NCBI RefSeq assembly: GCF_000027325.1
Contig: NC_000908.2
Coordinates: 548,077-580,076, forward strand
Length of the DNA stretch: 32,000 nucleotides
From: Mycoplasmoides genitalium G37
GTDB taxonomy: Bacteria; Bacillota_I; Bacilli_A; Mycoplasmatales; Mycoplasmoidaceae
Direction of reading: 5' to 3'
Shown: positions 1-10,873 of the stretch, piece by piece
How the letters are laid out: every line of letters starts with the position of its first letter
How positions within the stretch are numbered: position 1 is the stretch's first letter
Translations under genes and position numbers: made by a program
Notes under the pieces: generated by a model
What the model was told of the DNA's origin: nothing
The model's database searches: none
What the model saw: the letters and a program-made list of their open reading frames with translations, nothing else

Positions 1-784
1 AAGAACCAATTAGAATAGCAATAATCAGAATAAAACTATTTACATAAAAAAGAATTGATCCTACTGATCTATTTTTCTTACGAGCATAATATTGGGTTAA
101 GAAGTCCGCTCCCCCAGCAGAACCACCTAGTATGTAAAGTAATGAAACTGATATGCCATTATAAAAACCATAAATAGCTGCATAAATAAATGTGGAAATA
201 ATTACATTACCTTGGGAAGTATCACTTCATAAAAAAGGGACAAAACCGGCACTTTGATTTAAATCTTTCGCTGCTTTTCAAAAGTTAGTATCTGTTATAG
301 AAGCTAACATTGGTGGTAAATTATCAGAACCTGGAATAATACTGATTAAAAAACCAAATACGTTAGATGCAACAACAAAATGGGTTGAAAGAATAGTAAA
401 GTTTTTACCTATTTTTTTATAAGAAAAAATAATTAAAGGGATGTTGATAAAGACATATAAAAGCCAGTAAAGGATGTTAAAAATTAATAATCTTTGAGTT
501 TCATCAAAACTTTTTAACAAAACAAACACTAATCTAGCAAAACCTTGAGTTAAAGAACTAATTCCAAAGCTATATAAACCTGTTTTTTGAATAAAAATAA
601 GTAAAAGAAAAGCATTAATAATTGATAGTAAGTAAACTAATACATACTTTAATGGTTTTTTAGCCTCATAAAGATTGCTAAACATCAAAAAAGAGTTAGA
701 AATCCTTACGCGTTTAGAACCAGATGCGACTGTTATCTTTGATTCTTTTTTAAATAAGTTGTTAAAAAATTTCATTTGTAACAA
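1..784 (-). CDS. Membrane protein, YitT/DUF161-like (MG443-like); C-terminus lies outside the window
   Basis: The track ORF 278..784 stops at TGA (278-280), read here as Trp, and continues to the window edge. Multiple hydrophobic helices; the segment 'INIPLIIFSYKKIGKNFTILSTHFVVAS' resembles the YitT family. Confidence 0.55.
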
Positions 785-790
785 ACTTTT

Positions 791-1150
791 TTAAGACTTT
801 TTTTCTTTAATTTTTGCTGACTTACCAGATCTTTCACGCATATAAGAGATGTATGCTCTTCTTACTTTACCCCTGCGTTTTACTTCTATGTCTATATTAG
901 GGTTGTGGATTTGAAAGTTTTTTTCAATAGGAATTCCATCAGTGGTTTTTCTTACCATGAAAGTTTCGCTAATCCCTCTTCCCCTTCTTCTTAAAACAGT
1001 TCCAGTGAAGTTTTGAACTCGAACTTTTTCTTTTTCACGTAACTTAATAGCAACATTAACTTCATCTCCTGCTCCAAATTCAGGAACATATTCCTTTAAC
1101 TGTTTTTGTTCTACTGCATCAATTAATGCTTGTTTATTTATTTTTTTCAT
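791..1150 (-). CDS. rplS: 50S ribosomal protein L19
   Basis: Full-length 119 aa; typical L19 sequence 'VRVQNFTGTVLRRRGRGISETFMVRK...NPNIDIEVKRRGKVRRAYISYMRERSGKSAKI'. Confidence 0.98.
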   Translation of the reverse strand: MKKINKQALIDAVEQKQLKEYVPEFGAGDEVNVAIKLREKEKVRVQNFTGTVLRRRGRGISETFMVRKTTDGIPIEKNFQIHNPNIDIEVKRRGKVRRAYISYMRERSGKSAKIKEKKS

Positions 1151-1829
1151 TTTTATTTTCTAAGTATTTTTTGTATAAATCAGGTCTGTATTTTGCAGTT
1201 TTTAAGATTTGCTGTTCTTTACGAAATGATTCAATCTTTTGGTGATCTCCTGAAAGTAAAACTTCAGGAACTTTATCGCCTTTTAAATCGTATGGCCTTG
1301 TATAAACAGGAAAATCTAATAGATTATCATTGAATGATTCACAAATAAGACTCTGATCATTAATAACTCCTTTAATTAATCTAACAGTAGCATCAATAAC
1401 ACTTAGTGCTACAAGTTCCCCACCACTTAAAACAAAATCACCTAAAGAAACAATTTGATCAATATATTTATAAATTCTTTGATCAAAACCTTCATAGTGA
1501 CCAGATAACAAAATTAAGTGTTCGTATTTTGTAAGTTTTTTAGCACAATTCTGAGAAAATTGTTCACCTTCTGGGGAGAGTAAAACTACATGAGAATTTG
1601 GGGCTTTATAAAAATTTAAACAATTAATAATAGGTTCAGCTTTTAAAACCATGCCACTTCCTCCACCATAAGCCATATCATCCACAGTTTTATGTTTATC
1701 ATTGCAAAAATTTCTTCAATTTACTACTTCAAATTGAACTAAATTTGCTTTTTGAGCTTGTAACATAATAGAACTATTTAAGTAAGGCCAAATAGTGTTT
1801 TCAAAAAGTGTTAAAACAGTGATTTTCAC
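1134..1829 (-). CDS. trmD: tRNA (guanine-N1)-methyltransferase
   Basis: TrmD motifs 'MAYGGGSGMVLKAEPI', 'LLSGHYEGFDQRI', 'GDFVLSGGELVALSVIDA'. TGA=Trp read-through extends the ORF to a GTG start (1827-1829). Follows rpsP and precedes rplS, the usual order. Confidence 0.95.
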
Positions 1830-2116
1830 TACTTTTTAGGACTTGTTTCTTTCTTATTTTTACTTTCAATAAATTTCTTCCACAAACCAGATTCACTAAA
1901 TAAAGAACGGACTGTATCAGTTGGAATTGCCCCTTTATTAAGTCAATCTAAGGCAACAGTTTCATCTAATTTACACTTATTTTCCTTTAAAGCTGGATTT
2001 AGATGTCCAATTAAAGCGATATACTTTCCATTACGCTTTACTCGCGAATCAACCGCTACTATTCTATAAAGCGGATAGTGTACTCTTCCCATCCGCATCA
2101 ATCTTATTTTGACCAA
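1829..2116 (-). CDS. rpsP: 30S ribosomal protein S16, TTG start
   Basis: Hand translation of the minus strand: (M)VKIRLMRMGRVHYPLYRIVAVDSRVKRNGKYIALIGHLNP...LDWLNKGAIPTDTVRSLFSE... 95 aa; contains TGA=Trp so absent from the track. Confidence 0.93.
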
Positions 2117-2142
2117 TGATTTTTTTCTTAATAAAGCGGCTA

Positions 2143-2148
2143 ATTATA
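2143..2148 (-). promoter_or_regulatory. Candidate -10 box (TATAAT) for the rpsP-trmD-rplS operon
   Basis: Minus-strand TATAAT about 27 nt upstream of the rpsP TTG start; no clear -35 seen. Confidence 0.4.
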
Positions 2149-2223
2149 ACTTTTTAAAGTTCTATTTTATCTATGCTTAAGAATAACTTAATCAGCTATT
2201 TTTTATTCGTCTAGTTAATAAAT

Positions 2224-2720
2224 TTAATCATCCAATAAGGCCCGATTTTCATTTTGCATGTCATCTGCAAACTCATTATTTTTTTAGATAAATAAGTTCT
2301 TATCTTTATATCTAACAAAGTCTTAATTATTTTCTGTTGTTTAGCATATTATTTTAAGGCGTTAAACTTGTTTTCAGAATTAATGATGAAATAGTTGTTT
2401 TGCTATTCACAATAGCAAAACTTAAATTTGAATTATGTTTTTGTTTATTAATCTGTTCAATATGTTCTTCTCAAATTAACCTATATTTTTATCGGTTAAT
2501 TCTTTTTTAATTTCATATAAGTAGATTAATGTAGTTCCACTATTAACAAATTTTTGTTTATTTTTAAGGAATTCCAATAGTTTTTGTCACTTTCATTTGG
2601 GAGGAGAGATTTACCATTTTTAATTGAATTAATTACAAAATTTTTTTTAACAAATAATTAGTTGTTTAATAATCGAAATTATTAATTAGTTTTTTTAGCA
2701 TTCATACTGTAATTGGATTT
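2224..2720 (-). pseudogene. Decayed coding region with several frame interruptions
   Basis: Protein-like segments in shifting minus-strand frames: 'NFVINSIKNGKSLLP', 'WKWQKLLEFLKNKQKFVNSGTTLIYLYEIKKELTDKNI', 'LIWEEHIEQINKQKHNSNLSFAIVNSKTTISS', 'NYFIINSENKFNALK*YAKQQKIIKTLLDIKIRTYLSKK', 'NNEFADDMQNENRALLDD*'. No intact ORF spans the region. Confidence 0.5.
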
Positions 2721-2726
2721 TTCTAA

Positions 2727-4370
2727 TTATGAGTACTTTTCAATAAATTTGACCAACTTATTTTGTGGTGGATTAGCGAAATATTTATCCATAAACAGAT
2801 TAGTGTGAATTTGACCAAAAGCAATATTAATTAAACCTGCTAAGGCAGCATTTGCAGTTAACAATCAAATAAAAACTTCAATGTTATTTGTTTGAAGTGT
2901 TATTGCTTGAAAAATAAAAAGTAAAGGAATAAATACAAACAATCCGTGTGTTAAAGAGACAATTCAAGAATAAAGCACTCTGTTAGTATTTTGAAAATAT
3001 TGTTGACTATTAGCGCCTGTGGCTACAAAGAAAACTTGTGCTTGCACTATTAATGAAAAGTAATTTGCTAAATCCAAATTTTGATCTGAAACATCAAAAA
3101 AACTAGATAAGATCTGTTTTCCAAAAGCAACTGCTGTTAACAAATAGATTAAACTACCGAACGATATACAGATAATAACTGTATAAATGTTAATTTTTTT
3201 AATTTCATCATATTTTTTTTGTCCAAACTTATATGATGAAACTGTTCTAACTCCTTGTAATAAACCAAAAATAGCTGCTGAAGCTAAATTACTAATAGCA
3301 ATAGGTCCAGTTAAAAGTGTCAGATAAAAAACATCATTTTTATCAGTAGTTGCTTTTGTCAAATTAACCAAAAAACTCTCATAAAATGTAGTAACAATAG
3401 AAAGTGATCCATTTCTAAAAAAGGATGCCATTCCTATTAATGAAACTACAACTAGTAGATTAAAGTCAATTTTGTTTAATTTAATAGTTTTAAAAGTTAA
3501 ATAAGTAAGATTTCTTTTGTTTAAATAAATTAGATAAATAATATAAGCTAAAAAATTAATTAAGTATCCTAGTATTCCAGCCACAGCTGATCCTATTACT
3601 CCTAAAGAAGAATATCTAACTAATAAAAAAACTATTAATATGTTAATCAAATTAGCAATAGGCGGAACAATTGCAATAAAAAGTTGTCTTCCCTCTGATT
3701 GTGCTAAATAAAAAAACAACCTTGAAAGCATAGGAATGATGTTAAGACCAATCAAAATATAAACATATTCAGATGCTACATCAATAGCCTTTTTGTTAAA
3801 AAACTGTTGGAAGCTATTAGCTTGAAAATTTTGTTCAAAACTTGATTGATCAAGATTATAATGCAACCATTCTTTTGCAAAAGATAAAACCAAAAATTGG
3901 GTAATTAGTCCAAATACAGTTGTTGATATTAATCCGGTATTTCAAGCTTCCTGAATTTTATTTTGATCATTTCTACCAATTGCTTTAGAAAAAATAACTC
4001 CAGTTCCTAGAGGAATAAAAATATTAATGGCGTTTAACAAAACAATCAAAGGTTGACTAATATTTAAAACAGTTTTAATAAATTGTTTAATATTAAGTCC
4101 AGAGCTTAAAAAACTATCACTTTTATAAAAAGCAGAATTTTTAAATTCATCAATTAAACTCTGATCAGTAAAAATAGAATCAGGATTAAGTTCACTTCTA
4201 GGAACAAACTTAATCACCATGATTTGATCTATAAATACATAAGCAGCACTAAAAAGTGCAAAGAAAAAAGTTGGAACAGTAAATCTAAGAATAGTTAGAA
4301 AAAGCTGTTTTGATTCAAAAACATTTTTAATTAGGAGTTGTTTTTCAAAACGATCCCTTTTACTGTTCAC
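2727..4370 (-). CDS. MATE-like multidrug/oligosaccharide-lipid/polysaccharide flippase-type membrane protein (MG447-like)
   Basis: Track ORFs 2964..3893 and 3942..4370 are joined by TGA=Trp; 547 aa with many TM helices and a MATE-like N-terminus 'ILRFTVPTFFFALFSAAYVFIDQIMV'. Stop TAA at 2727-2729. Confidence 0.75.
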
Positions 4371-4823
4371 TTATTTATTTTTAAAAAGATGGATGTAATC
4401 CTTGTATCCTAATTTTTCCATCTCTTCAAAAGGAATAAATTTTAAAGCTGCAGAATTAATACAATAGCGCAATCCACCTAATTCACTCGGTCCATCATTA
4501 AAAACATGTCCCAAGTGGCTATCACTGTTTTTAGCACGAACTTCAGTTCTTATCATTCCGTGAGATTCATCACGGTAGTTAGCAATTAAATTTTTATCAA
4601 TGGGTTTTGAAAAAGCAGGTCAACCACAACCAGATTTAAATTTATCAGTTGAAATAAAAAGTGGTTCACCAGATGTTATATCAACATAAATTCCCTTTTC
4701 AAAATTGCGGTTATATTCATTAATGTAAGGTGGCTCAGTGTGAGCATTTTGCGTTACATCAAACTGGAGTTTGGTTAAAGTACGTTTTAGCTCAGCTTCA
4801 CTCTTTTTTTGGTATTTACTCAT
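4371..4823 (-). CDS. msrB: Peptide methionine-R-sulfoxide reductase
   Basis: Two track fragments joined by TGA=Trp; MsrB motifs 'SGCGWPAF', '[21 protein letters not shown]', '[15 protein letters not shown]'. Confidence 0.95.
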
Positions 4824-5221
4824 TTGGAATGTTGTTTATTTAAATATACATCAATAAATGGTTTTCCTACTTTGATCTTAGGATTAATCTCAATTATACC
4901 CTCATTTTTCTGTTTTAAATTAAGTTCTTTTTCAGAACATAACATGCCAACTGAATCAAAACCAGCTATTTTAGTTTTTTTGATAACTGTACCGCTAGGT
5001 AACACTCCACCTACTTGTACTAAAACTGTTTTCATACCAACTCTAACATTATTAGCTCCACAAACAATATCCAAGCTTTTTGTCAAACCAGTGTTAACTT
5101 TACACCTTTTTAGATGGGTGTTTGCAATAGGAATAACTGAAACAACTTCACAAACAACAAAAGGAACTTTATTTGCTAATGAAATAAGATCATAACCTAA
5201 AAGCTCACTTATTCTTTTCAT
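4787..5221 (-). CDS. YtpR-like tRNA-binding (EMAPII/OB-fold) domain protein (MG449-like), C-terminal part
   Basis: '[65 protein letters not shown]' is a typical tRNA_bind domain. TGA at 4820-4822 read as Trp extends the C-terminus into the msrB start. Confidence 0.85.
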
Positions 5222-5241
5222 TATTTTTAATGAAGGATAGT

Positions 5242-5472
5242 TTAGACCTTCATTAAAGCGGTGTGATAAAAAAACTTCTTAAAACTTTTTTTGATATTAA
5301 AAAAGTTAAAACCAGTAATTCTATTTGCATCATTAACAAAAAAACTTCAGTCTTTGTCATTTTGTTGGCGTAAAGTTGTTTCACTTCTACTTCCTATGAT
5401 GCCAAACATACAGTTTTTTAATGTTTCTTTACGATAAAAGATAGAAACAAAATCTTTAGATATATCAAACAT
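5242..5472 (-). CDS. N-terminal part of the YtpR-like protein, in a different frame from the tRNA-binding domain
   Basis: Minus-strand ATG ORF: MFDISKDFVSIFYRKETLKNCMFGIIGSRSETTLRQQNDKDWSFFVNDANRITGFNFFNIKKSFKKFFYHTALMKV*. Resembles the N-terminal segment of YtpR proteins ('FYNKE...ETTGFNIFN'). Confidence 0.55.
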
Positions 5473-5481
5473 AAAAGTTAG

Positions 5482-6354
5482 TTATTCTGTTTGTATTAAA
5501 AAGGCATAACTATTGATACCTGTGTGTGTACAAATTACAGGTGAAAGCAAGTGCTCACTTACATCAACTGCATTGTTGAGAAGCGTAACAAATTCTTGCT
5601 TTATGAGTTGATTTTTATCAGTTTCAAACATTGTTGTCAACAAAGCCGCTCTTCTGAAATTAACTTCTTTTTTTAATAGCTTTTTTTCTAAAAATTGAAC
5701 TGCTAACTTATGAGCACTGCTAGCAGATTGTGCTTTGTTAAAAAACTGCAATTTGCCTGTTTCACCAAGGAAACTAATTAAGAGATGAAATTTAAAGCTT
5801 TTGATAATAAATGACTTTAAATTAGATAATCTTCCTCCAGCTACTAACGGTTTTGTATCAGTTACAAATAAAATTGCACCGCACTTATTACGGAAGTTAT
5901 AAACAAATTCATCTAAGCCTGCTCTTGAATACTGGTTGTTTTTAAGTCAAACCTTAATATCACTAATCAATCAAGCTATTAAAACTTCAACTATTCTGCT
6001 ATCTAAAACATGAAACTTGTCTTCAAATTCCTTTTCAACAATCTTTCAATTTAAATAGGAGGTTGAGATCTCTTTATCAATAGGGATTCCTATGATAAGA
6101 TCATAATCATTAATTATGCTCTTAACTTTGTCACGAACCTCTTCTTCAGAAGTTTGTGATGTTGAAAACTTAACACCTTTAGGGGCGTTAATCATCTTAT
6201 CAGTTAAGGTTTTAAGATCAATGTTAAAACCTGATTTGAATGTTTCTTGGTGTTCAGCAATTGTTTCAATAATATAAAGCGGTAAAACATAGAGATGACT
6301 ATTTTTATCTTCCTTTAGATTACTGACAGAATCAACTAAAAAAGCGATCCTCAC
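5482..6354 (-). CDS. DegV family fatty-acid-binding protein (MG450-like), GTG start
   Basis: '[12 protein letters not shown]', '[14 protein letters not shown]', '[14 protein letters not shown]' and, after TGA=Trp joining, an internal 'HVLDSRIV...' segment; 290 aa. Confidence 0.8.
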
Positions 6355-7538
6355 TATTCTAGAACTTCTGTTACAGTGCCTGCCCCTACAGTTCTACCAC
6401 CTTCACGAATTGAGAACTTACTACCTTTTTCACAAGCGATAGGAGCAATTAACTCAACAGTAATAGAAGCATTATCACCAGGTAGAACCATTTCAGTATT
6501 TTCAGCTAAAGCAATAGAACCAGTTACATCAGTGGTACGGAAATAGAATTGAGGACGGTAACCGTTTAAAAAACCAGTGTGTCTACCACCTTCTTCTTTC
6601 TTTAAAGCATAGATCTCAGCTTTAAATTTCTTGTGCGGTTTAATAGAGCCTGGTTTTGCTAAAACTTGACCTCTTTCAACTTCTTTACGTTCAACACCAC
6701 GTAATAATACCCCAGCATTGTCACCAGCCATTGCTGAATCAAGTTCCTTTTTGAACATTTCAATTCCAGTAACAACTGCTTTTCTAATTGGTTTTAAACC
6801 AACAATTTCAACTTCTTGACCTACTTTGAGTTCACCTCTTTCAACTCTTCCTGTAACAACTGTACCTCTACCAGTAATGGTCATCGTATCTTCAATTGCT
6901 AATAAGAAAGGTTTATCTACTTCACGTGTAGGAGTTGGAATCCATTCATCAACTGCTTTAATCAAATCATGGATCTTAGCCTCCCACTTTGGATCACCTT
7001 CCAATGCTTTTAAAGCTGAGCCATAAATAATAGGAGTGTTCTTACCATCAAAACCATAGGAAGTTAACAGATCACGTACTTCTTCAGCAACAAGTTCTTG
7101 TACCTCTTCATCACTAGCAATATCACACTTGTTTAGAAAAACTACCATTTTAGGAACCCCTACTTGGCGGGCAAGTAAGATGTGCTCGCGGGTTTGGGGC
7201 ATCACACTATCAGTTGCTGAAACAACTAGAATAGCTCCATCCATTTGTGCAGCACCTGTGATCATATTTTTAATGTAGTCAGCATGTCCAGGACAGTCAA
7301 CATGGGCATAGTGACGTTTGTCAGAAGAATATTCTACGTGTGCAGAGTTAATTGTGATTCCCCTTGCTTTTTCTTCAGGGGCTTTATCAATTTCATCATA
7401 ACGCGTTGCAGCTGATTTTCCTTCCTTTGCTAAAACTGTACAGATAGCAGCTGTTAAAGTGGTTTTACCATGGTCAATGTGACCAATGGTACCAACATTG
7501 ACATGTGGTTTGGAACGGTCAAATTTCTCTCTTGCCAT
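6354..7538 (-). CDS. tuf: Translation elongation factor Tu
   Basis: Full-length 394 aa; '[14 protein letters not shown]', '[26 protein letters not shown]', 'NKCD'. Confidence 0.99.
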   Translation of the reverse strand: MAREKFDRSKPHVNVGTIGHIDHGKTTLTAAICTVLAKEGKSAATRYDEIDKAPEEKARGITINSAHVEYSSDKRHYAHVDCPGHADYIKNMITGAAQMDGAILVVSATDSVMPQTREHILLARQVGVPKMVVFLNKCDIASDEEVQELVAEEVRDLLTSYGFDGKNTPIIYGSALKALEGDPKWEAKIHDLIKAVDEWIPTPTREVDKPFLLAIEDTMTITGRGTVVTGRVERGELKVGQEVEIVGLKPIRKAVVTGIEMFKKELDSAMAGDNAGVLLRGVERKEVERGQVLAKPGSIKPHKKFKAEIYALKKEEGGRHTGFLNGYRPQFYFRTTDVTGSIALAENTEMVLPGDNASITVELIAPIACEKGSKFSIREGGRTVGAGTVTEVLE

Positions 7539-7590
7539 TTGTTTAAATTATGTTGTTAATTTTAAATAAGTTTAAGATAAGCTGGAGATA

Positions 7591-8376
7591 ATGCTTATAA
7601 TCTTCAAGGACTTAAATTTAGTGAAAACAAACAATTGCCAAATTATTGGCTGATGAAAACAACTTTCCTTACCACAAAAGACATTCTTAAGTTTCATTCC
7701 CTTATTTTTGGTCACTAGTGCTTTTGTTTTAACTGGAATTGTTGAAAGTCTTTTAACATTTGGAACTATTATTGAACAAATTGATAAATTCACTGATCAG
7801 ACTAATGTGATGTTATTAATTTATGCAGTTATCTACACTTTTAATCCAAAAAGTTGATTGTTAAAAAACCAACAATTCTTTTTAAGTGCATTAGCTTATA
7901 TATTATTTACTTTTATTGGCTATAACCTAATTTTGTCAATAGCTGGTATAGCTTATAAATCAACAAATCCATATAAGTTAACAAGTAGTATTTTTCTCCA
8001 TGTAATTGCACCAATAGCATTCTTCATAGCAAGTTTTATCAAAATAAAACATGAGAAAGATGTCAATATTAACATGTTCTTTAAAAGCCTATTATTATTC
8101 ATGATCTATCCTTTAATATATGGGCTTTATTTAGTAACTATTCCATATGTAAGGCATTATCTTTTTAATGGTAGGCCATCTACTTATACCATTTATGGCA
8201 GCATTACAAATACTAAAAATAATCCTTTTGCTTGATTAGTTGTATTTGCAGTTTTATTTATCTATTTCCCCTTGAGTTACTTAGCTATATATCTATTACA
8301 ACTTAAGTTAATAAAAAAAGCCATACAACCGCAATTTAATTTGCCTTTTACATTAAATAAATGAAAACAAAAATAA
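7591..8376 (+). CDS. Hypothetical multi-pass membrane protein (MG452-like)
   Basis: ATG at 7591; the frame stays open through TGA=Trp codons to TAA 8374-8376 (261 aa). Contains track ORF 7858..8235. Confidence 0.8.
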
Positions 8377-9239
8377 GAAAAGCAGTTATTCCTGCTGCTG
8401 GGTTGGGTGTTAGGTTACTACCAGCAACAAAAGCAATTCCCAAAGAGATGTTACCATTGGTAAATAAACCTACTATCCAATACATAGTAGAGGAAGCAGT
8501 TAAAAGTGGCATTGAACAGATTCTTGTCATTGTTTCATCCAAAAAAACAGCTATATTAGATCATTTTGATTATGATCTGATCTTAGAAAATGCCTTAATT
8601 CAAAAAAATAAATTGCAGGAGCATAAAGAGATTGAAGATATTGCTAATTTAGCACATATCTTTTTTGTTAGACAAAAAAATCAAGATGGTTTGGGAGATG
8701 CAATCTTGTTTGCTGAATCTTTTGTTGGTAATGAAGACTTTGCAGTATTGTTAGGTGATGATGTTGTTTTTAGTAAAGAACCTGCTTTAAAACAATGCTT
8801 GGAAGCTTATTATGAAACTAATTGTCAAACAATCGGTGTACAAGAAGTAGATCCTTGTCATGTTGATAAGTATGGAATTATCACCCCTGAAGGTGATTAC
8901 AAAAATAAAGATCTTATTAAGGTTTTAGCAATGACTGAAAAACCTAAACCAAAAGATGCTAAAAGTAATTTAGCAATCTTAGGGCGATATGTACTCAAAC
9001 CATCTATTTTCAAAGCACTTAGAAGTGTACCTTATGGAGTTGGTGGTGAGTTGCAACTAACTGATGGTTTAAATTTTTGTTTGAAAAATGAAAACTTTTA
9101 TGCAAGAAAGTTTACTGGTACTAGGTTTGATGTTGGCACAAAGAGTGGTTTTATTAAAGCAAATTTATTTACTGCTTTAAACAATAAAGATATTAGTAAA
9201 AAAGAAGTTTTAGAACTTTTAAATTTAGTTAAAGCTTAA
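8361..9239 (+). CDS. galU: UTP--glucose-1-phosphate uridylyltransferase
   Basis: 'RKAVIPAAGLGVRLLPATKAIPKEMLPLVNKPTIQYIVEEAVKSGIEQILVIV', 'VLLGDDVV', 'KFTGTRFDVGTKSGFI'. Confidence 0.97.
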   Translation: MKTKIRKAVIPAAGLGVRLLPATKAIPKEMLPLVNKPTIQYIVEEAVKSGIEQILVIVSSKKTAILDHFDYDLILENALIQKNKLQEHKEIEDIANLAHIFFVRQKNQDGLGDAILFAESFVGNEDFAVLLGDDVVFSKEPALKQCLEAYYETNCQTIGVQEVDPCHVDKYGIITPEGDYKNKDLIKVLAMTEKPKPKDAKSNLAILGRYVLKPSIFKALRSVPYGVGGELQLTDGLNFCLKNENFYARKFTGTRFDVGTKSGFIKANLFTALNNKDISKKEVLELLNLVKA

Positions 9240-9651
9240 TACCATTTAAAGTTAAACCAAGGAAGTTTTCATTTCTAATCAATCGACTAAAAGGACACAT
9301 TTCATGGGCTTTTTGAATTAGTTTTTTACCAACTTCTTGGTCATTACTATTAGTAGTTAATTCAACACCAGCCTTAATGTGAAATAGTCCATTTTCTTGA
9401 TGGAGTTCTACTTTAACACTTACAACTGGTTTTTTTGAAAAACTAAATTGATGTTGTTGCATAACAACAATTACTGCTTGAGAAAAACAACTTGCATAAG
9501 CAGATGCAAATAACTGCTCAGGATTATTTTCTGTTTGAACTGATAAATCAGGTTTGGGAAAACTAAGTTTTGTTTGAAAACCATCTAAAGTTTTAACACT
9601 ACCTTCTCTGCCAGTTTCAGTTTGTGCAACAGTTTTATAAATCAATGCCAT
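9229..9651 (-). CDS. ohr: OsmC/Ohr family peroxiredoxin (organic hydroperoxide resistance)
   Basis: 'TETGREGSVKTLDG', 'NPEQLFASAYASCFSQAV', 'AHEMCPFSRLIRNE' with both redox cysteines. MALIYKTVAQ start preferred over the track's upstream Met. Confidence 0.88.
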   Translation of the reverse strand: MALIYKTVAQTETGREGSVKTLDGFQTKLSFPKPDLSVQTENNPEQLFASAYASCFSQAVIVVMQQHQFSFSKKPVVSVKVELHQENGLFHIKAGVELTTNSNDQEVGKKLIQKAHEMCPFSRLIRNENFLGLTLNGIKL

Positions 9652-9682
9652 GTTAATTAATATAGATAATATTTTAGTAAAA

Positions 9683-10873
9683 ATGTTAAATAACATATTG
9701 CAATTTCTCAAAGAAAGAGAACTTTATTCACAAGCTAATTTTGAAACAGAACTAGATAACCATTTAAAAGAGAAAAAAAATAACTTTTATGTTGGTTTTG
9801 ATCCAACTGCTAATTCTTTACATATTGGCAATTATGTTTTAATTCACATTGCAAAATTATTAAAAGACATGGGGCATACTCCGCACATAGTTCTAGGGAG
9901 TGCAACTGCTTTAATTGGTGATCCTACTGGCAGAATTGAATTAAGGAAAATTTTAGAAGAAAAAGAAATTGTAAAAAACACCAAAACAATTAAAAAACAA
10001 ATCAAACAGTTTTTAGGTGATGTAATTATTCATGAAAACAAAGTTTGATTAGAAAAACTTAATTACATTGAAGTTATCCGTGAATTAGGTGCTTTTTTTT
10101 CAGTTAACAAGATGTTAAGCACAGACGCATTTAGTGCTAGGTGAGAAAAAGGACTAACTCTAATGGAATTAAACTATATGATCTTACAAGCATATGACTT
10201 TTATTATCTACATAAAAACCATAATGTCACTTTACAAATAGGTGGAAGTGATCAGTGGGCTAATATTTTGGCTGGTGCTAACTTAATTAAAAGAAAAAAT
10301 AATGCTAGTGTTTTTGGATTAACTGCTAATTTATTAGTTAAAGCTAACGGAGAAAAAATGGGTAAAACTAGTAGCGGAGCATTATGACTTGATGAAAATA
10401 AAACTAGTGTTTTTGATTTTTATCAATACTGGATTAACCTTGATGATCAAAGCTTAAAAAAGACTTTTTTAATGCTAACAATGCTTGATAAAAAAGTAAT
10501 AGATGAATTGTGTAATTTAAAAGGCCCAAAAATTAAACAAACCAAGCAAATGCTAGCCTTTTTAATTACTGAATTAATCCATGGCACTAAAAAAGCAAAA
10601 GAAGCACAACAACGATCTGAACTAATATTTAGTAATCAACCAGATCTTGATATTAAGTTAGTAAAAACAAGCACTAATCTAATTGATTATTTAGTTGAAA
10701 CTAAATTTATTAAAAGTAAATCAGAAGCAAGAAGATTAATTAGTCAAAAAGGTTTGACAATTAACAATAAACACGTTTTAGACTTAAACCAAATAATTGA
10801 ATGAAAAGAAGAGTTACAAATTATTAGAAAAGGTAAAAAAAGTTTTTTAACAATTAAAACTGTTAATTCTTAG
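9683..10873 (+). CDS. tyrS: Tyrosyl-tRNA synthetase
   Basis: Class I motifs 'FDPTANSLHIGNYVLIHIAKLLKDMGH', 'QIGGSDQWANILAG', 'KMGKTSSGAL', and a C-terminal S4-like domain 'KSKSEARRLISQKGLTIN'. Several TGA=Trp codons split it in the track. Confidence 0.96.

Noticed and set aside
2791-2800. 'ttatccata' considered as a possible DnaA box
   Set aside because: Lies inside the MATE-like coding region far from dnaA, mismatches TTATNCACA, and has no clustered partners. I saw no convincing DnaA-box cluster near dnaA either; the functional origin may lie just beyond 32000.
4809-5195. 128-aa plus-strand ORF opposite the ytpR-like gene
   Set aside because: It is antisense to a recognisable tRNA-binding domain with clear homology; typical shadow ORF.
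6826-7026. 66-aa plus-strand ORF opposite tuf
   Set aside because: Mirror of highly conserved EF-Tu codons; no independent support.
7572-7793. 73-aa minus-strand ORF at the start of the MG452-like gene
   Set aside because: The plus-strand frame is continuous from ATG 7591 with TGA=Trp; the minus ORF is its shadow.
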